Assembly (NCBI GenBank): GCA_031556545.1
Contig: JAVBST010000004.1
Coordinates: 46,886-110,885 of the forward strand
Reading direction: 5' to 3'
DNA length: 64,000 bases
Source: Oscillospiraceae bacterium
GTDB lineage: Bacteria; Bacillota; Clostridia; Oscillospirales; Acutalibacteraceae
Shown one piece after another: positions 1 through 10,144 of this stretch (its first letter is position 1; every line of letters starts with the position of its first letter). A model generated the notes under the pieces. The model was not told the origin of the DNA, searched no databases, and saw only the letters and a list, made by a program, of their open reading frames with translations. The position numbers and the translations under genes were made by a program.

Positions 1-654
1 TTTCTTTCGCATGATTTTCAGATAGCCAAACAGGGCGGAAATGCCGACCCCGATGGCAAAAACCGGTCGGATGCCCAACTTTATTTCCAGTTTGGCGCGG
101 CTCTGCTCATGAACAAAATCAGGTTCAAAGATGACCTTGCATTTTTTCACCTTCAATAAGGTCTGTATCGCCTGCACGCTCGGAAAAACGACTCCGCAGA
201 GCCGCCCGTATTGAAGGGCCGTCTGGGCCGCATCCTCTCCCGCAAAGTACATTTCCACGAACAAGTTGTAAACCCTTAAATGCCGCAAAAGAGTCTTGGA
301 AACCTTGGTCAGCAGTCCGGCCATGGATTGCAGCGTTTCCACCGCGCCGCCAAAACCGCCTTTATCCAAAAGGGTTTGTAACCACGATCGCTTTTTCTCC
401 CCTGCGGCGGCCTTATGCCGCTTTCTTGCAGCGGCTTCGGCTTTTTTTAAGGCTTTCTTCTCCGCCTTCTTCTCGGCGGCTGCCGCCTTTCTGGGCGAGC
501 CTATCTTTTGGGGCCCCAAAAGCCTCAGAAAAACAAACAGATACGAGAGTCTTACCGTCAGCTCATGTGTGTATAATACTTTTATTTTTATGGGAGAAAA
601 AAGTAAAAGGACAAGTAGAATACAGATTCCAAGAAAGACAAGCCAACCTGTCAC
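1..654 (-). CDS. DUF2953-like (YtfI-like) membrane protein; 3' end runs off the window
   Basis: Absent from the ORF track because there is no stop in the window. My minus-strand translation starts at GTG 654, preceded by AAAGGAGGG. It reads MTGWLVFLGICILLVLLLFSPIKIKVLYTHELTVRLSYLF, then a Lys/Ala-rich linker, and stays open to nt 1. Confidence 0.5.
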   Translation of the reverse strand, partial: MTGWLVFLGICILLVLLLFSPIKIKVLYTHELTVRLSYLFVFLRLLGPQKIGSPRKAAAAEKKAEKKALKKAEAAARKRHKAAAGEKKRSWLQTLLDKGGFGGAVETLQSMAGLLTKVSKTLLRHLRVYNLFVEMYFAGEDAAQTALQYGRLCGVVFPSVQAIQTLLKVKKCKVIFEPDFVHEQSRAKLEIKLGIRPVFAIGVGISALFGYLKIMRKK

Positions 655-726
655 AATCCTCCCTCCTTTTATCTCCAATGTGTTTGGCCGGGCCGCTATT
701 CTTTGCTTTCCCTCCGGCGAATCTGC

Positions 727-1329
727 CTATCCGGCGAAACCGGACAGCGCAAATAAATTGGTCTCTTCAACGGGGTTCGTCTGGGCCGGATCTTCCTCGA
801 AATGCTCCTGCGCGCGGGTGGGCAGCGCGGGCAATTCATCCAGAGAAGCAAGGGAAAAACATCGCAAAAAGTTGGAAGTGGTTCCATACAGCAAGGGTCG
901 TCCCGGCAAATCCATACGGCCTTTTTCCTCAATGAGCCCTTTTTGGCATAGGCCGCTGATCACCGCCAAGCAGTCTACCCCCCGCACCTGCTCCACAAAG
1001 GAGCGGGTCACAGGCTGGTTATAGGCAATTACCGCCAACACTTCAAAGGCCGCCTGGGAAAGCGGCGTATTTCGCCGCATTTGCAGCGCCTCCCGAATAA
1101 GGTGCGCATATTCACCCCTGCTGCACATTTGATAGCGGTTCTCCATCCGCAAAATGCACACGCCGCTATCGCTCTCATCCATGCGTTCGGACAAGGCCGC
1201 AATCGCGTCCAGCACCTGCTGTATCTCAACCTCCAGCACCTGTGCGATTCGTTCGGCTTCAAGAGGCTCCCCCGCCGCAAACAGAATGGCCTCCACAGCA
1301 GATTTTATTTTCTTTTGTTCCAAGCTCAT
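727..1329 (-). CDS. scpB: Segregation and condensation protein B
   Basis: ORF 727..1494 trimmed to the internal MSLEQKKIKSAVEAILFAAGEPL start, which makes an ATGA overlap with the scpA stop. ScpB-like winged-helix sequence throughout. Confidence 0.85.
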   Translation of the reverse strand: MSLEQKKIKSAVEAILFAAGEPLEAERIAQVLEVEIQQVLDAIAALSERMDESDSGVCILRMENRYQMCSRGEYAHLIREALQMRRNTPLSQAAFEVLAVIAYNQPVTRSFVEQVRGVDCLAVISGLCQKGLIEEKGRMDLPGRPLLYGTTSNFLRCFSLASLDELPALPTRAQEHFEEDPAQTNPVEETNLFALSGFAG

Positions 1330-2036
1330 TCTTCCCCCTTGATAATTTCCAGCTGCGGCTGTCCATCCACGCCAATCGTACGTACCCGCTTGGCCTTGAC
1401 CAATTCCAGGACCGCCAGAAACGTTGCCACCAAGTCGGAACGTGACTGGGCGCTTTGCAGCACTTTGTCCATTCGCACTCGCTGCCCTTTCCATAATTGC
1501 CGCATGACAAACACGATCTTGGAAGCCACTGATACGATCTTGCGGGAAACAATGCCTGTAAAAGCGGTTACAGGCGGTGGCAGACGCCTCTGCCCCTTAC
1601 CGACAGCCATCTGATAGGCGGCTAATATTTCCTCGGGCTCGTGTAAACGTTTGTATACTAAATCCGGCTCAATATCTTCTGGCGAGCGCCCTATAAAGTT
1701 AAAGCCTGTGGCGATCTCCGAAAGCTGCTGGGCCACCACCTTGCAGTCCCGGTATTCCAGCAGATCGCCCCTCAGTTCGGTTTTGAGTTTTTCCGCTTCC
1801 TCATGCACCGGCAACAGGGAGACCGTCTTAATATAAATCAGCCTCGCCGCCATATCCAGAAACTCGCTTGCCGTTTCCAAGTCCATCTCATCCTGGGATT
1901 CAATCACCCGCAGGTATTGCTCCACCAGGGTAAATATGGGGATATCATTAATATTCAGTTGATGCTTGCTGATCAGATGCAGGAGCAGATCCAACGGCCC
2001 CTCAAAATCTGTCAGCTTAAAAGAAAGTTTTTCCAT
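1326..2036 (-). CDS. scpA: Segregation and condensation protein A
   Basis: Typical ScpA N-terminus MEKLSFKLTDFEGPLDLLLHLISKHQLNINDIPI; sits directly upstream of scpB. Confidence 0.9.
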   Translation of the reverse strand: MEKLSFKLTDFEGPLDLLLHLISKHQLNINDIPIFTLVEQYLRVIESQDEMDLETASEFLDMAARLIYIKTVSLLPVHEEAEKLKTELRGDLLEYRDCKVVAQQLSEIATGFNFIGRSPEDIEPDLVYKRLHEPEEILAAYQMAVGKGQRRLPPPVTAFTGIVSRKIVSVASKIVFVMRQLWKGQRVRMDKVLQSAQSRSDLVATFLAVLELVKAKRVRTIGVDGQPQLEIIKGEE

Positions 2037-2074
2037 TTCTTCCCCTAAATATTCAAATCATTATGATTCTGTAC

Positions 2075-2761
2075 TCAGATAAACAATTTGAAAACCGACC
2101 CTATGACAAAATTCATACCCGAAAGCACCATGCTGGTCAACCAAGAAATGGGGCCTCCCAAAAAGCCGACAAAAAGCAGCATCATCAGCACAACACGGAT
2201 CATATTCTCATACTGCATCACCTTATAGTAGATCCTGTCCGGCAAAATCGCGTTCAATATGCGGGAACCATCCAAAGGTGGAATCGGAATGAGATTAAAA
2301 ACCGCCAGGGAGGTATTGATCAATGCTGCATAATAAAAGAAAATATATAACGCTGAAAACAAGGAACCGGAAATAGCCCCGCTCAAGCCCAATAAATTGT
2401 TGATCTGTAGAAAGATCAAAAACAGGAATGCCATCAAGAGATTGGAAAGCGGCCCCGCCAAACCGGTAATGGCCATATCGCGCTTAGGTTTCTTAAAATT
2501 GCGCATATTGACGGGTACGGGCTTAGCCCAGCCAAAGCCTATCAGCAGGATCATCAGCGCGCCATAGGGATCAACATGCGCGATAGGATTGAGGGTCAGG
2601 CGCCCCTGATAGCGCGCTGTAGGATCTCCCAGTTTGTTGGCCGTCCAAGCATGGGCAAATTCGTGCACCGGCATGGTGCAGAACACCACAAACACACTGA
2701 CCAAAATCATTGTAACCGCTGTTTGAAAGTCCATGCCTTGCCTAAGCGCAGAAAGCAGCAT
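2075..2761 (-). CDS. Site-2 protease family (M50) membrane metalloprotease
   Basis: HEFAHAW (HExxH) motif inside a polytopic hydrophobic protein. Confidence 0.8.
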   Translation of the reverse strand: MLLSALRQGMDFQTAVTMILVSVFVVFCTMPVHEFAHAWTANKLGDPTARYQGRLTLNPIAHVDPYGALMILLIGFGWAKPVPVNMRNFKKPKRDMAITGLAGPLSNLLMAFLFLIFLQINNLLGLSGAISGSLFSALYIFFYYAALINTSLAVFNLIPIPPLDGSRILNAILPDRIYYKVMQYENMIRVVLMMLLFVGFLGGPISWLTSMVLSGMNFVIGSVFKLFI

Positions 2762-2797
2762 AATGTCACACCCCTTATATCTTATAGAATATTATAC

Positions 2798-3694
2798 TCA
2801 ATTTTTTTCCATTGCACAAGCGATTTCACTCGAACCGGTCCCTGTGCCCGCCACCACACGCGGAATTCCCGCTTTGTCCTTGTGGGTGCAAAGATTTTGT
2901 ATGCCTGCCTGCGCAAAAATCCGCCTTACTTCCACCGCCTGCCCGATTCCGCATTCCACCGCCACTAAAGCGCCATCCCGCAAAGCCGGAAAATAGTGCT
3001 GCGCGATGGCCCGGTAAAAACGAAGGCCATCTTCGCCACCATCCAGCGCCATCACGGGCTCCCGCTGCACTTCTCGTTGCAAATCCGGCAAATCGCAAGT
3101 GGGAATATAGGGCGGGTTGCTCAGAAGCATATCGATTTCCGGCAATTTGTCAAGACCCTCCCCCTGCAATATATCCGCTGACAGCACGGTGACATTTTGC
3201 AGATTGTAGCGGGTCTTGTTTTTTTCAATATAAAACAGGGCTTCGGGAGAAAGCTCGACCAGATACACCCGGGCCTGGGGGCACGCAAGCGCAATCGATA
3301 TGCCTACGCAGCCACTGCCGGCGCACAGGTCGACCACCACCGGACAGGATGCCCCTCGTATCTGCACCAGCGCAGTCTCCACCAGCGTTTCGGTGTCCGC
3401 GCGGGGGATCAGAACTCCCTCTCCTACAAAAAAAGGATGGCCCATAAACTCCCATTCGCTCAGCAAATATTGCAAGGGCATCCCCCCGGCGCGCCGATGG
3501 ATGTCCTCCCGAAAGCGACCCAGCAAAGCGGGATCGGCTTCGCTTGCTTTTTCGAGCAAATACCGGCTGCGATCCATCCCAAAATGATGAGAAAAGAGGC
3601 AAAACGCATCAAAGGCGGGGCTGTCGCACCCCGCCTGCGTCAAAATCTTTTTGGCTTGCTGATAAATGTCCTGCAAGGTCAAATAAACTTCCAT
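2798..3694 (-). CDS. prmC: Release-factor glutamine N5-methyltransferase
   Basis: LSNPPYIP (NPPY) motif, SAM-binding VVDLCAGSGCVGI, HemK/PrmC-like length. Confidence 0.85.
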   Translation of the reverse strand: MEVYLTLQDIYQQAKKILTQAGCDSPAFDAFCLFSHHFGMDRSRYLLEKASEADPALLGRFREDIHRRAGGMPLQYLLSEWEFMGHPFFVGEGVLIPRADTETLVETALVQIRGASCPVVVDLCAGSGCVGISIALACPQARVYLVELSPEALFYIEKNKTRYNLQNVTVLSADILQGEGLDKLPEIDMLLSNPPYIPTCDLPDLQREVQREPVMALDGGEDGLRFYRAIAQHYFPALRDGALVAVECGIGQAVEVRRIFAQAGIQNLCTHKDKAGIPRVVAGTGTGSSEIACAMEKN

Positions 3695-3720
3695 CCTTTT
3701 CGAAACAAAGCGTGAACAGG

Positions 3721-4680
3721 CTAAATCGCATCGTCCTCGGGATTATCCGTAATCACTGCCTTGAGGGCATCAATTGCCACTTCAATCTGTTCGGTATCGG
3801 GTTCCTTGGTGGTGATGCGCTGCATCCAAAGTCCCGGCATGGAAAGCGCCCGGACCAAGGGGCCGTCGTGACGTCCGGCAAATTTAATAAACTCATAACC
3901 AAATCCCATCACCAAGGGCAAAATCAGAATTTTCACGCCAACCCAAACCCAAATGCCTCTCTGCGCAACCGGCGTAAAAAAGGTCAGCAGGGTCGAAATC
4001 ACAATGCCTAAAATCAACATCACAAAAATGAAGCTGGTGCCGCAGCGCGGATGAAAACGTCTTTGCGCTTTGACATTGTCCACCGTCAAATCAAGGCCGT
4101 TTTCATAACAGAAAATGGTCTTATGCTCGGCTCCGTGATATTCAAATACCCGGTGAATATCTTTGAGTCTGGATATCACAACGGTATATAACACAAAAAT
4201 CCCAATGCGCATTATCCCTTCAAACAGGGCCTGATAATAACTAATCTTTCCTCCTGCCAGATGGGTGTTAACCAGGCCGAAAATCGCAGAAGGAGCCCAC
4301 ATAAACAATACCATCGCCAATGCAATGCCCAATATGGAAGAAAGACCGGCAATGACACCGAAGAGCTTGTCGCCCAAAATCTTCTCAAATTTGCCGGGTT
4401 CCTTTTCCTCCTGTGCCAAACCCGACTTTTCTGCCGACGTCATCAGGCAGTCATAGCCGATAATCATCGACTCAACGAATCCCACCACGCCCCGAACCAG
4501 GGGCCATCCCAGAAATTTCAATCTTTCTTTGGCGCTTTTCCGGTTTTTATATTCCGTGGAAATACTCCCGTCCGGCACACGTACAGACAGCGCCAGCCCT
4601 TTGGGTCCACGCATCATTATGCCTTCAATTACGGCCTGGCCGCCTACGGATGTCTTATGTGTTTTGTTCTGGTCACTCAT
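3721..4680 (-). CDS. DUF1385 (YqhQ-like) membrane protein
   Basis: GGQAVIEGIMMRG and YHGAEHK motifs. Start moved to MSDQNK (ATG 4680), downstream of AAGGAGG and just past the kinase stop. Confidence 0.75.
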   Translation of the reverse strand: MSDQNKTHKTSVGGQAVIEGIMMRGPKGLALSVRVPDGSISTEYKNRKSAKERLKFLGWPLVRGVVGFVESMIIGYDCLMTSAEKSGLAQEEKEPGKFEKILGDKLFGVIAGLSSILGIALAMVLFMWAPSAIFGLVNTHLAGGKISYYQALFEGIMRIGIFVLYTVVISRLKDIHRVFEYHGAEHKTIFCYENGLDLTVDNVKAQRRFHPRCGTSFIFVMLILGIVISTLLTFFTPVAQRGIWVWVGVKILILPLVMGFGYEFIKFAGRHDGPLVRALSMPGLWMQRITTKEPDTEQIEVAIDALKAVITDNPEDDAI

Positions 4681-6157
4681 TATGTTCAGTAGAACCTCCT
4701 TCAATTTCCGGCAATAATTCCACCGGGGCAATCGGCAAGTAATCCTCTGGAGAAACTTCCGCCGGCAGGGTAATTGTCACCGTAGTTCCTTCGTTCTCTA
4801 CGCTGTCCACCTCCAGAATCCCGTTGTGCATCTGCACAATTTCATCGGAGACCGCCAGACCAATCCCGGAACCACGCACCGTTTTGTTGGCTTTAAAAAA
4901 CTTTTCTTTTACAAAGGGCAAATCCCCGGCGGAAATACCGCAGCCTTCATCCGTACACCAAATGCGCACCTTACGCTCCCGAATTTCAGCCCCGACACTC
5001 ACTTTGCCGCCCGGGCGGGAATATTTGATAGCATTGTCCAGAATATTGACAAAGACCTGCTTCAGACGGTCAGCATCCCCAAAAGCCGGGGCGGGTACAT
5101 CGGGAACGTTATAGACAAGTTCGATTTGTTCGCGCTTTGCACGTTCCCGGAAAGCGAACACGGTCTCATCCAGCTCTGCCAGTAAATCCAGCTTGCCTGA
5201 GCGCAGATTCATACGACCGCTCTTCATGCGGGAGAAATCCAAAAGATCCTCCACAATCCCCGACAGGCGGTACGCTTCGCTAATTATAACATGCATTCCC
5301 TTTTTTAACAACTGCTCATCCGTAGCGCCGACCTCCGACAGGGTCTCACCCCATCCCTGGATGGCAGTCAGCGGCGTTCGCAATTCATGGGATACCGTGG
5401 AAATAAAATCATTTTTTAAATTGTTCGCATCCTCCAGATCCTGTGCCATATTATTGATATCATCGCATAAGGCCCCGATTTCGTCATCATAGGTCTTATT
5501 GATGCGGGCGTTAAAATCTCCTTGTGCAATCAGCCGGGTCGTCGCACTGATCTCCCGCACCGGCGCCACAATGGAACGCAGAAAGAACAACCCTGACAGA
5601 ATGACCAACATCAGCACCCCAAAACAAGAAATGACAATGGCCACAATGATGTTACGGATCTGCTCGTCCACCAGTGTCAGCGAAACAATGTAGCGCACGG
5701 CCGGCCCCACAGACTGTCCGCTGGAAGCGGGCAAAAAGGTGGTATAGGCCATCACATGTTCCCCCGACTCCAGGCTGCCGACCCACTGAGCCTGCTGGGT
5801 TGCGGATTGCTTGGCCAAATAGTAATCATACATCTCGGTTTTATTCACCGGGAAGCCGGTGGAAGTGCTAACCACTTCTTCCTGGCTGTCAATTACCCAA
5901 ACCTCCATCCGGGTCTTCTCTGTAAAATTTTCTACAAACTCGCGGGCTCCCATTTTAAATTCAGCGTTCGTCTTGCCGGTATAGCGGCTGAAAAAGACCG
6001 TGACTCCCGCCCCGCTGGAAGCCAGCGTACGCCGTATGCTGGTGTAATAATAATTTTGTATGAGGACCGAAAAAACAATGGCAACTGCCAATAATACCAC
6101 CGTAATGACTCCCATGATGTTGACGATCCATCGGCGTGTGATACCCCTAATCCGCAT
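4673..6157 (-). CDS. Sensor histidine kinase (WalK-like; HAMP directly followed by HisKA, no cytoplasmic PAS seen)
   Basis: Two TM segments flank a ~150-aa extracytoplasmic domain. H-box SHELRTPL and an HATPase_c G-box (GSGIGLA) are present. Start placed at MRIRG, after GGGAGG. Confidence 0.85.
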   Translation of the reverse strand: MRIRGITRRWIVNIMGVITVVLLAVAIVFSVLIQNYYYTSIRRTLASSGAGVTVFFSRYTGKTNAEFKMGAREFVENFTEKTRMEVWVIDSQEEVVSTSTGFPVNKTEMYDYYLAKQSATQQAQWVGSLESGEHVMAYTTFLPASSGQSVGPAVRYIVSLTLVDEQIRNIIVAIVISCFGVLMLVILSGLFFLRSIVAPVREISATTRLIAQGDFNARINKTYDDEIGALCDDINNMAQDLEDANNLKNDFISTVSHELRTPLTAIQGWGETLSEVGATDEQLLKKGMHVIISEAYRLSGIVEDLLDFSRMKSGRMNLRSGKLDLLAELDETVFAFRERAKREQIELVYNVPDVPAPAFGDADRLKQVFVNILDNAIKYSRPGGKVSVGAEIRERKVRIWCTDEGCGISAGDLPFVKEKFFKANKTVRGSGIGLAVSDEIVQMHNGILEVDSVENEGTTVTITLPAEVSPEDYLPIAPVELLPEIEGGSTEHNE

Positions 6158-6193
6158 AGTTACCTCCCATGTCCCCATTGGCGCAGGGAAAAC

Positions 6194-6895
6194 TCAAATG
6201 ACCCATTTATAACCGAGGCCCCAGATCGTCACGAGGTGCTTCGGATTGGAGGGCGCGTCCTCCACCTTCATGCGGAGGCGGCGGATATTGACGTCCACAA
6301 TTTTTTCTTCTCCAAAATAGGCGCTGCCCCAAACCCGGTTGAGAATATCGGTCCGGTCCAGTGCGGCATTCGGGTTTTGAAAAAAGTATTCCATAATCTG
6401 AAATTCCACTTGCGTCAATTCAATGAACTGATCCTTTTTCATCAGCGTCCGGTTCCTGACATTTAGCAAAAAATCGCCCAAGCGAATTTCATCCTTGCTC
6501 TCCTGCGCTTCGGAGGGTTTGCTCATCGCTACCCGCCTATGTATTGCGTCCACGCGGGCTACCAGCTCCGAAGGGGAAAAGGGCTTCGTGATATAGTCGT
6601 CCGCGCCCACCATCAGGCCGGTCACCTTGTCCATTTCCTGTGTACGGGCGGTCAGCATCACAATGCCCAATACGCTGCTCTTTTTGCGCAGCTCCTTGCA
6701 CAAACTAAAACCATCCATGCCCGGCATCATAATGTCAAGGACCACCACATCAAAGGCCCCGCCTTCTGCCTCAAAAATCCGGAGGGCCTCCTCGCCATCG
6801 CCGGCTTCCATCACTTCATAGCCGCCCCGCTGTAAGTTGATCACCACAAACTCCCGGATAGAGGCCTCATCTTCGGCCACTAAGATTCTTTTCAT
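6194..6895 (-). CDS. OmpR-family response regulator (WalR-like)
   Basis: MKRILVAEDE receiver start, DVVVLDIMMPGMDG phospho-acceptor region, C-terminal winged helix ending GLGYKW. Confidence 0.9.
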   Translation of the reverse strand: MKRILVAEDEASIREFVVINLQRGGYEVMEAGDGEEALRIFEAEGGAFDVVVLDIMMPGMDGFSLCKELRKKSSVLGIVMLTARTQEMDKVTGLMVGADDYITKPFSPSELVARVDAIHRRVAMSKPSEAQESKDEIRLGDFLLNVRNRTLMKKDQFIELTQVEFQIMEYFFQNPNAALDRTDILNRVWGSAYFGEEKIVDVNIRRLRMKVEDAPSNPKHLVTIWGLGYKWVI

Positions 6896-7168
6896 TCCGA
6901 GCACCCCTTTTTTCTGGCATTCATGAAGCGCCCCCAACAAGCTACAGGGGTTCGCTTGCTTTTTCTACAAGTCCGCCCCAAAGGACGGGGTATGTAAATC
7001 CGTATTAACGCCTGCTTTATATTCCACTCAATACCCTGTGAGTATAAAACTTGTATTTGCGCCTGGCTATCTTCATGCGCCGCGGAGCGCTTACCCCGGC
7101 GCTTCGGCTAAGACAAATTCAGGATAGATTCATCCCCCGCAACCGCTGCATTTTTAAGACACAATCCA

Positions 7169-8473
7169 TTAACTCAAGCTCTTAAAGTTCTGTTCTAAAG
7201 TATCAATGCCAATGGCATAAAGGTTAGCTGCCGCACCAAGCCGTACCCCGTAGACCGTCCCGTTAACTCGCTTCCATTGGCTGTAACCGTCGGCCAACTG
7301 ACCGCCGACTTCGCTTTCCTTATAGGCGCGGATGCTGAGCAGCTCCTGCCCGATTTCCTGTGTGCTTTCGTCCCAGATATAAAAGCTCCAGGTTCTTGTT
7401 TTGGCATCACTCACAACGGTCACCGTATCCAGCCACTCCAGCGGATATACAAAGATGTATCCTTCCGGCCGGTTGACAACACTGTAACTGACGGGCTTTA
7501 ACTGGCCCTCCACATGCTGCGACCATTTCGTCAGCTTGAGCGCCCGTTCTTCCTTGTCAGCGCCAACCATCGGATATTCTCCGGGAATCTCCAATTGGCC
7601 ATCCTCGTCAATATCCCGGCAAGTCAGCAGCACGTTGCGCTCGGTCAAGTTTGTGCTTTTATCGGTCGCATTATAAAACACGTTGAGCAGCCGATTATTG
7701 CTCCAATGAATAATCTCTGTAATCATTTTACTGTCGCCTTTATAGGAATCGACATAAACCGTTGGCGGCATCTCATCGCTCTTGGTGCTCAGCGCCGCAT
7801 ACTGGGTGACATTGCCGTCCATATCCGCGGCTCCCACTTCTTTTATCTTCCCGTCTTGCAGCGCGAGCATCCGTACCTTGGAGGTTCGCTCAGAGGTGTT
7901 CAGATTAAACAAAAGCAGATTCATCGTTCCGTTGCCTGTCATATCGCGCATGACCATCTCGGTATAGATATCCTCATAGATATTTTCCAAAGCGTCCTGC
8001 GCATTGTATTTATAAATTGAGATCTCTTTCTCGGTGCTGCTGGTTGCAGAGTCCCAGCTGATGATAATCTCCTTTTTGCCGCTGCCATCCAAATCCTCAA
8101 AGGTCACCGAATTGATATCCGTCCCGTTGCCCACAGCACTGTAGGTGGTTTCCCATTGGTCCCCCACCTTATCCAGAATCATAAAATGCACCACGGCGCT
8201 CTCGGAAAGCTTGCTATAAAATGTGATCACTTCGTCCTTGCCGTCTTGATCAAAGTCGGACATCACAAAGGCGGAGCGGTAGTTGCCCGTCTTTGGGGAT
8301 TTCAAAATAAAATTCTTGCCCACTTTGCTTTCCAGCGCTTCCTGAATCCCCTTTTGTTCCCCATACAATTTGGGCGGACGCATAAAGGCTTCCGGATCAG
8401 AATTGGTAAAACTGCAAGCAGTCAAAAGCAGCATCACTGCCACCAACAGCACGCAACATTTCCATCGCAACAT
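7169..8473 (-). CDS. Lipoprotein with repeated DxDxDG / FG-GAP-like motifs (probable beta-propeller)
   Basis: Signal peptide with lipobox LLLTAC. Repeated DFDQDGKDEVITF, FEDLDGSGKKEIIISW, MTGNGTMNLLLF and DIDEDGQLEIP strings. Confidence 0.7.
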   Translation of the reverse strand: MLRWKCCVLLVAVMLLLTACSFTNSDPEAFMRPPKLYGEQKGIQEALESKVGKNFILKSPKTGNYRSAFVMSDFDQDGKDEVITFYSKLSESAVVHFMILDKVGDQWETTYSAVGNGTDINSVTFEDLDGSGKKEIIISWDSATSSTEKEISIYKYNAQDALENIYEDIYTEMVMRDMTGNGTMNLLLFNLNTSERTSKVRMLALQDGKIKEVGAADMDGNVTQYAALSTKSDEMPPTVYVDSYKGDSKMITEIIHWSNNRLLNVFYNATDKSTNLTERNVLLTCRDIDEDGQLEIPGEYPMVGADKEERALKLTKWSQHVEGQLKPVSYSVVNRPEGYIFVYPLEWLDTVTVVSDAKTRTWSFYIWDESTQEIGQELLSIRAYKESEVGGQLADGYSQWKRVNGTVYGVRLGAAANLYAIGIDTLEQNFKSLS

Positions 8474-8780
8474 ACCCGAACTCCGTTTCCGTCTCCCCGG
8501 TCGCCGGCACATACCGGGCCCGGCAATCTATCTATGGTTCTAAACAAAAATAAAATATTACAAAATTTCTTCACAATTGCAATGATACGAATCCCGGCAG
8601 GAACCTTTGCCCGCGGAGCATACAGCTGCGCGCCACAAAACTTAAATCGATAAAATTTTCCCGATTTTAATCACCAAAGTAATATAACATTTTTATTTGC
8701 CGGATAGTATTATAACATATAATTGAGCAAAACAATATATGAAATGTAAATATTCCCGTAAAAACAGGCGCGTGACGCTG

Positions 8781-8812
8781 CAAAAAAACGCCATCTCTAA
8801 AAAATGGCGTTT
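8781..8812 (-). terminator. Rho-independent terminator after mreB
   Basis: Minus strand reads AAACGCCAT-loop-ATGGCGTTT followed by TTTTG. Confidence 0.7.
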
Positions 8813-8850
8813 GGTCATCAGCCGCATCCTTCTTCGGTGGTACGCGCAAG

Positions 8851-9882
8851 CTATTCTGCCTGCGGCAGACTCCTTCTGGGTTTACGGGAATAGGTATTGC
8901 TCATCATCGCATCAATATTTTCCAGACAGGCCCCCACGCCCAGCGCCACGCACCGCAATGGCTCGTCCGCAATCCGAACCGGAATGCCCGTCTCGCTTTC
9001 CAGCAAGGCGTCCATCCCCCGCAGCAAAGCGCCGCCGCCCGTCAGGACAATGCCGTCCACGTAAATATCCGCCAGCAGCTCGGGCGCAGTTTTTTCCATT
9101 ACAGAGCGCACAGCGGTGACCAGAATTTCCAGAGGCTCCTGAAATGCCTCCAACACCTCTGTGGAGGAAATTTCAAAGGTTTGGGGCAGCCCTGTCAAAT
9201 AATTGCGGCCTTTGGCCGTTATTACAATTTCTTCTTCCCGGATATAGACGCAGCCAATGCGTTTTTTGATATCCTCCGCCGTACGCTGACCCACAAAAAT
9301 ATTGTATTTGCGTCGGACATATTTGATGATGGCCTCATCAAAATCATTCCCTGCCACTGCTATGGACGTCGATTCGGCAACATGCCCCAGCGTCATCACC
9401 GCGATGTCCGTGGTGCCGCCGCCAATGTCCACTACCATACAGCCATGCGCCTGGGCAATATCCAAGCCTGCACCGACCGCTGCCGCCAACGGCTCCTCCA
9501 TCAGGCACACCTTGCGGGCCCCGGCTCCGGTTACGGCATCCAGAATGGAACGTTCCTGTACCCCGGTAATCTGACCCGGTGCGCTAACGATCACCTTGGC
9601 TTTAAAAATGGTGTAGCCGCAAATCTTACGCAAAAAATACCGCAGCATCATTTCCGTGGCAGCGAAATCGGAGATAACGCCCTCCCGCAGAGGACGGGTC
9701 ACCGTAATGGAATCCGGTGAGCGGCCAAACATCTTTTCCGCTCTCCTGCCCACAGCGATCAAACGGCCATCCTGCGTGTTGGTTGCAATCACCGCCGGTT
9801 CCTGTAAAACAATCCCCTTGTGTTCTATATATATCAGAATATTGGACGTCCCCAAATCAATGCCAAGATTAAACCCAAACAT
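8851..9882 (-). CDS. mreB: Rod-shape-determining actin homologue MreB/Mbl
   Basis: LGIDLGTSNILIY phosphate-1 motif, VDIGGGTTDIAV, VLTGGGALLRG. Confidence 0.9.
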   Translation of the reverse strand: MFGFNLGIDLGTSNILIYIEHKGIVLQEPAVIATNTQDGRLIAVGRRAEKMFGRSPDSITVTRPLREGVISDFAATEMMLRYFLRKICGYTIFKAKVIVSAPGQITGVQERSILDAVTGAGARKVCLMEEPLAAAVGAGLDIAQAHGCMVVDIGGGTTDIAVMTLGHVAESTSIAVAGNDFDEAIIKYVRRKYNIFVGQRTAEDIKKRIGCVYIREEEIVITAKGRNYLTGLPQTFEISSTEVLEAFQEPLEILVTAVRSVMEKTAPELLADIYVDGIVLTGGGALLRGMDALLESETGIPVRIADEPLRCVALGVGACLENIDAMMSNTYSRKPRRSLPQAE

Positions 9883-10044
9883 GGCGCTCCTCCATTATCA
9901 TAAAACACCCCGCGGCATGGCACGAGGTATCACTTGTTCCAACTAATACATCCGCAAAAACAGGAAAGCTCTTACCGTCTATTTTCCAGCGAAGACGCGA
10001 AACGTCCGCTTGGGCAAAACCAGCCCAAAAATCCTGCTAAGACC

Positions 10045-10073
10045 ATGCTACGGGATAAAAATGTATTTGTCAA
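10045..10073 (-). promoter_or_regulatory. Candidate sigma-A promoter for mreB
   Basis: TTGACA, 17-nt spacer, TAGCAT on the minus strand; about 150-nt leader. Confidence 0.4.
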
Positions 10074-10144
10074 TTCATTTTAGAAACAAACCTGCATTGT
10101 TTACTAATTCTTCATACACGGGAACGCACATCCCCTCGATAGCA

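Noticed and set aside
296-1024. 242-aa plus-strand ORF at the left edge
   Set aside because: It overlaps the minus-strand DUF2953-like gene and scpB. The minus-strand reading gives an SD-preceded start, a signal-anchor helix and family-like sequence, whereas the plus-strand product is low complexity.
9883-10144. Possible raiA-motif ncRNA, which is often found downstream of comFC in Firmicutes
   Set aside because: The 262-nt spacer is followed by mreB rather than raiA/hpf. It is explained by a TTGACA-17-TAGCAT promoter plus a ~150-nt mreB leader. I could not recognise the multi-stem raiA architecture, though I cannot run the covariance model.
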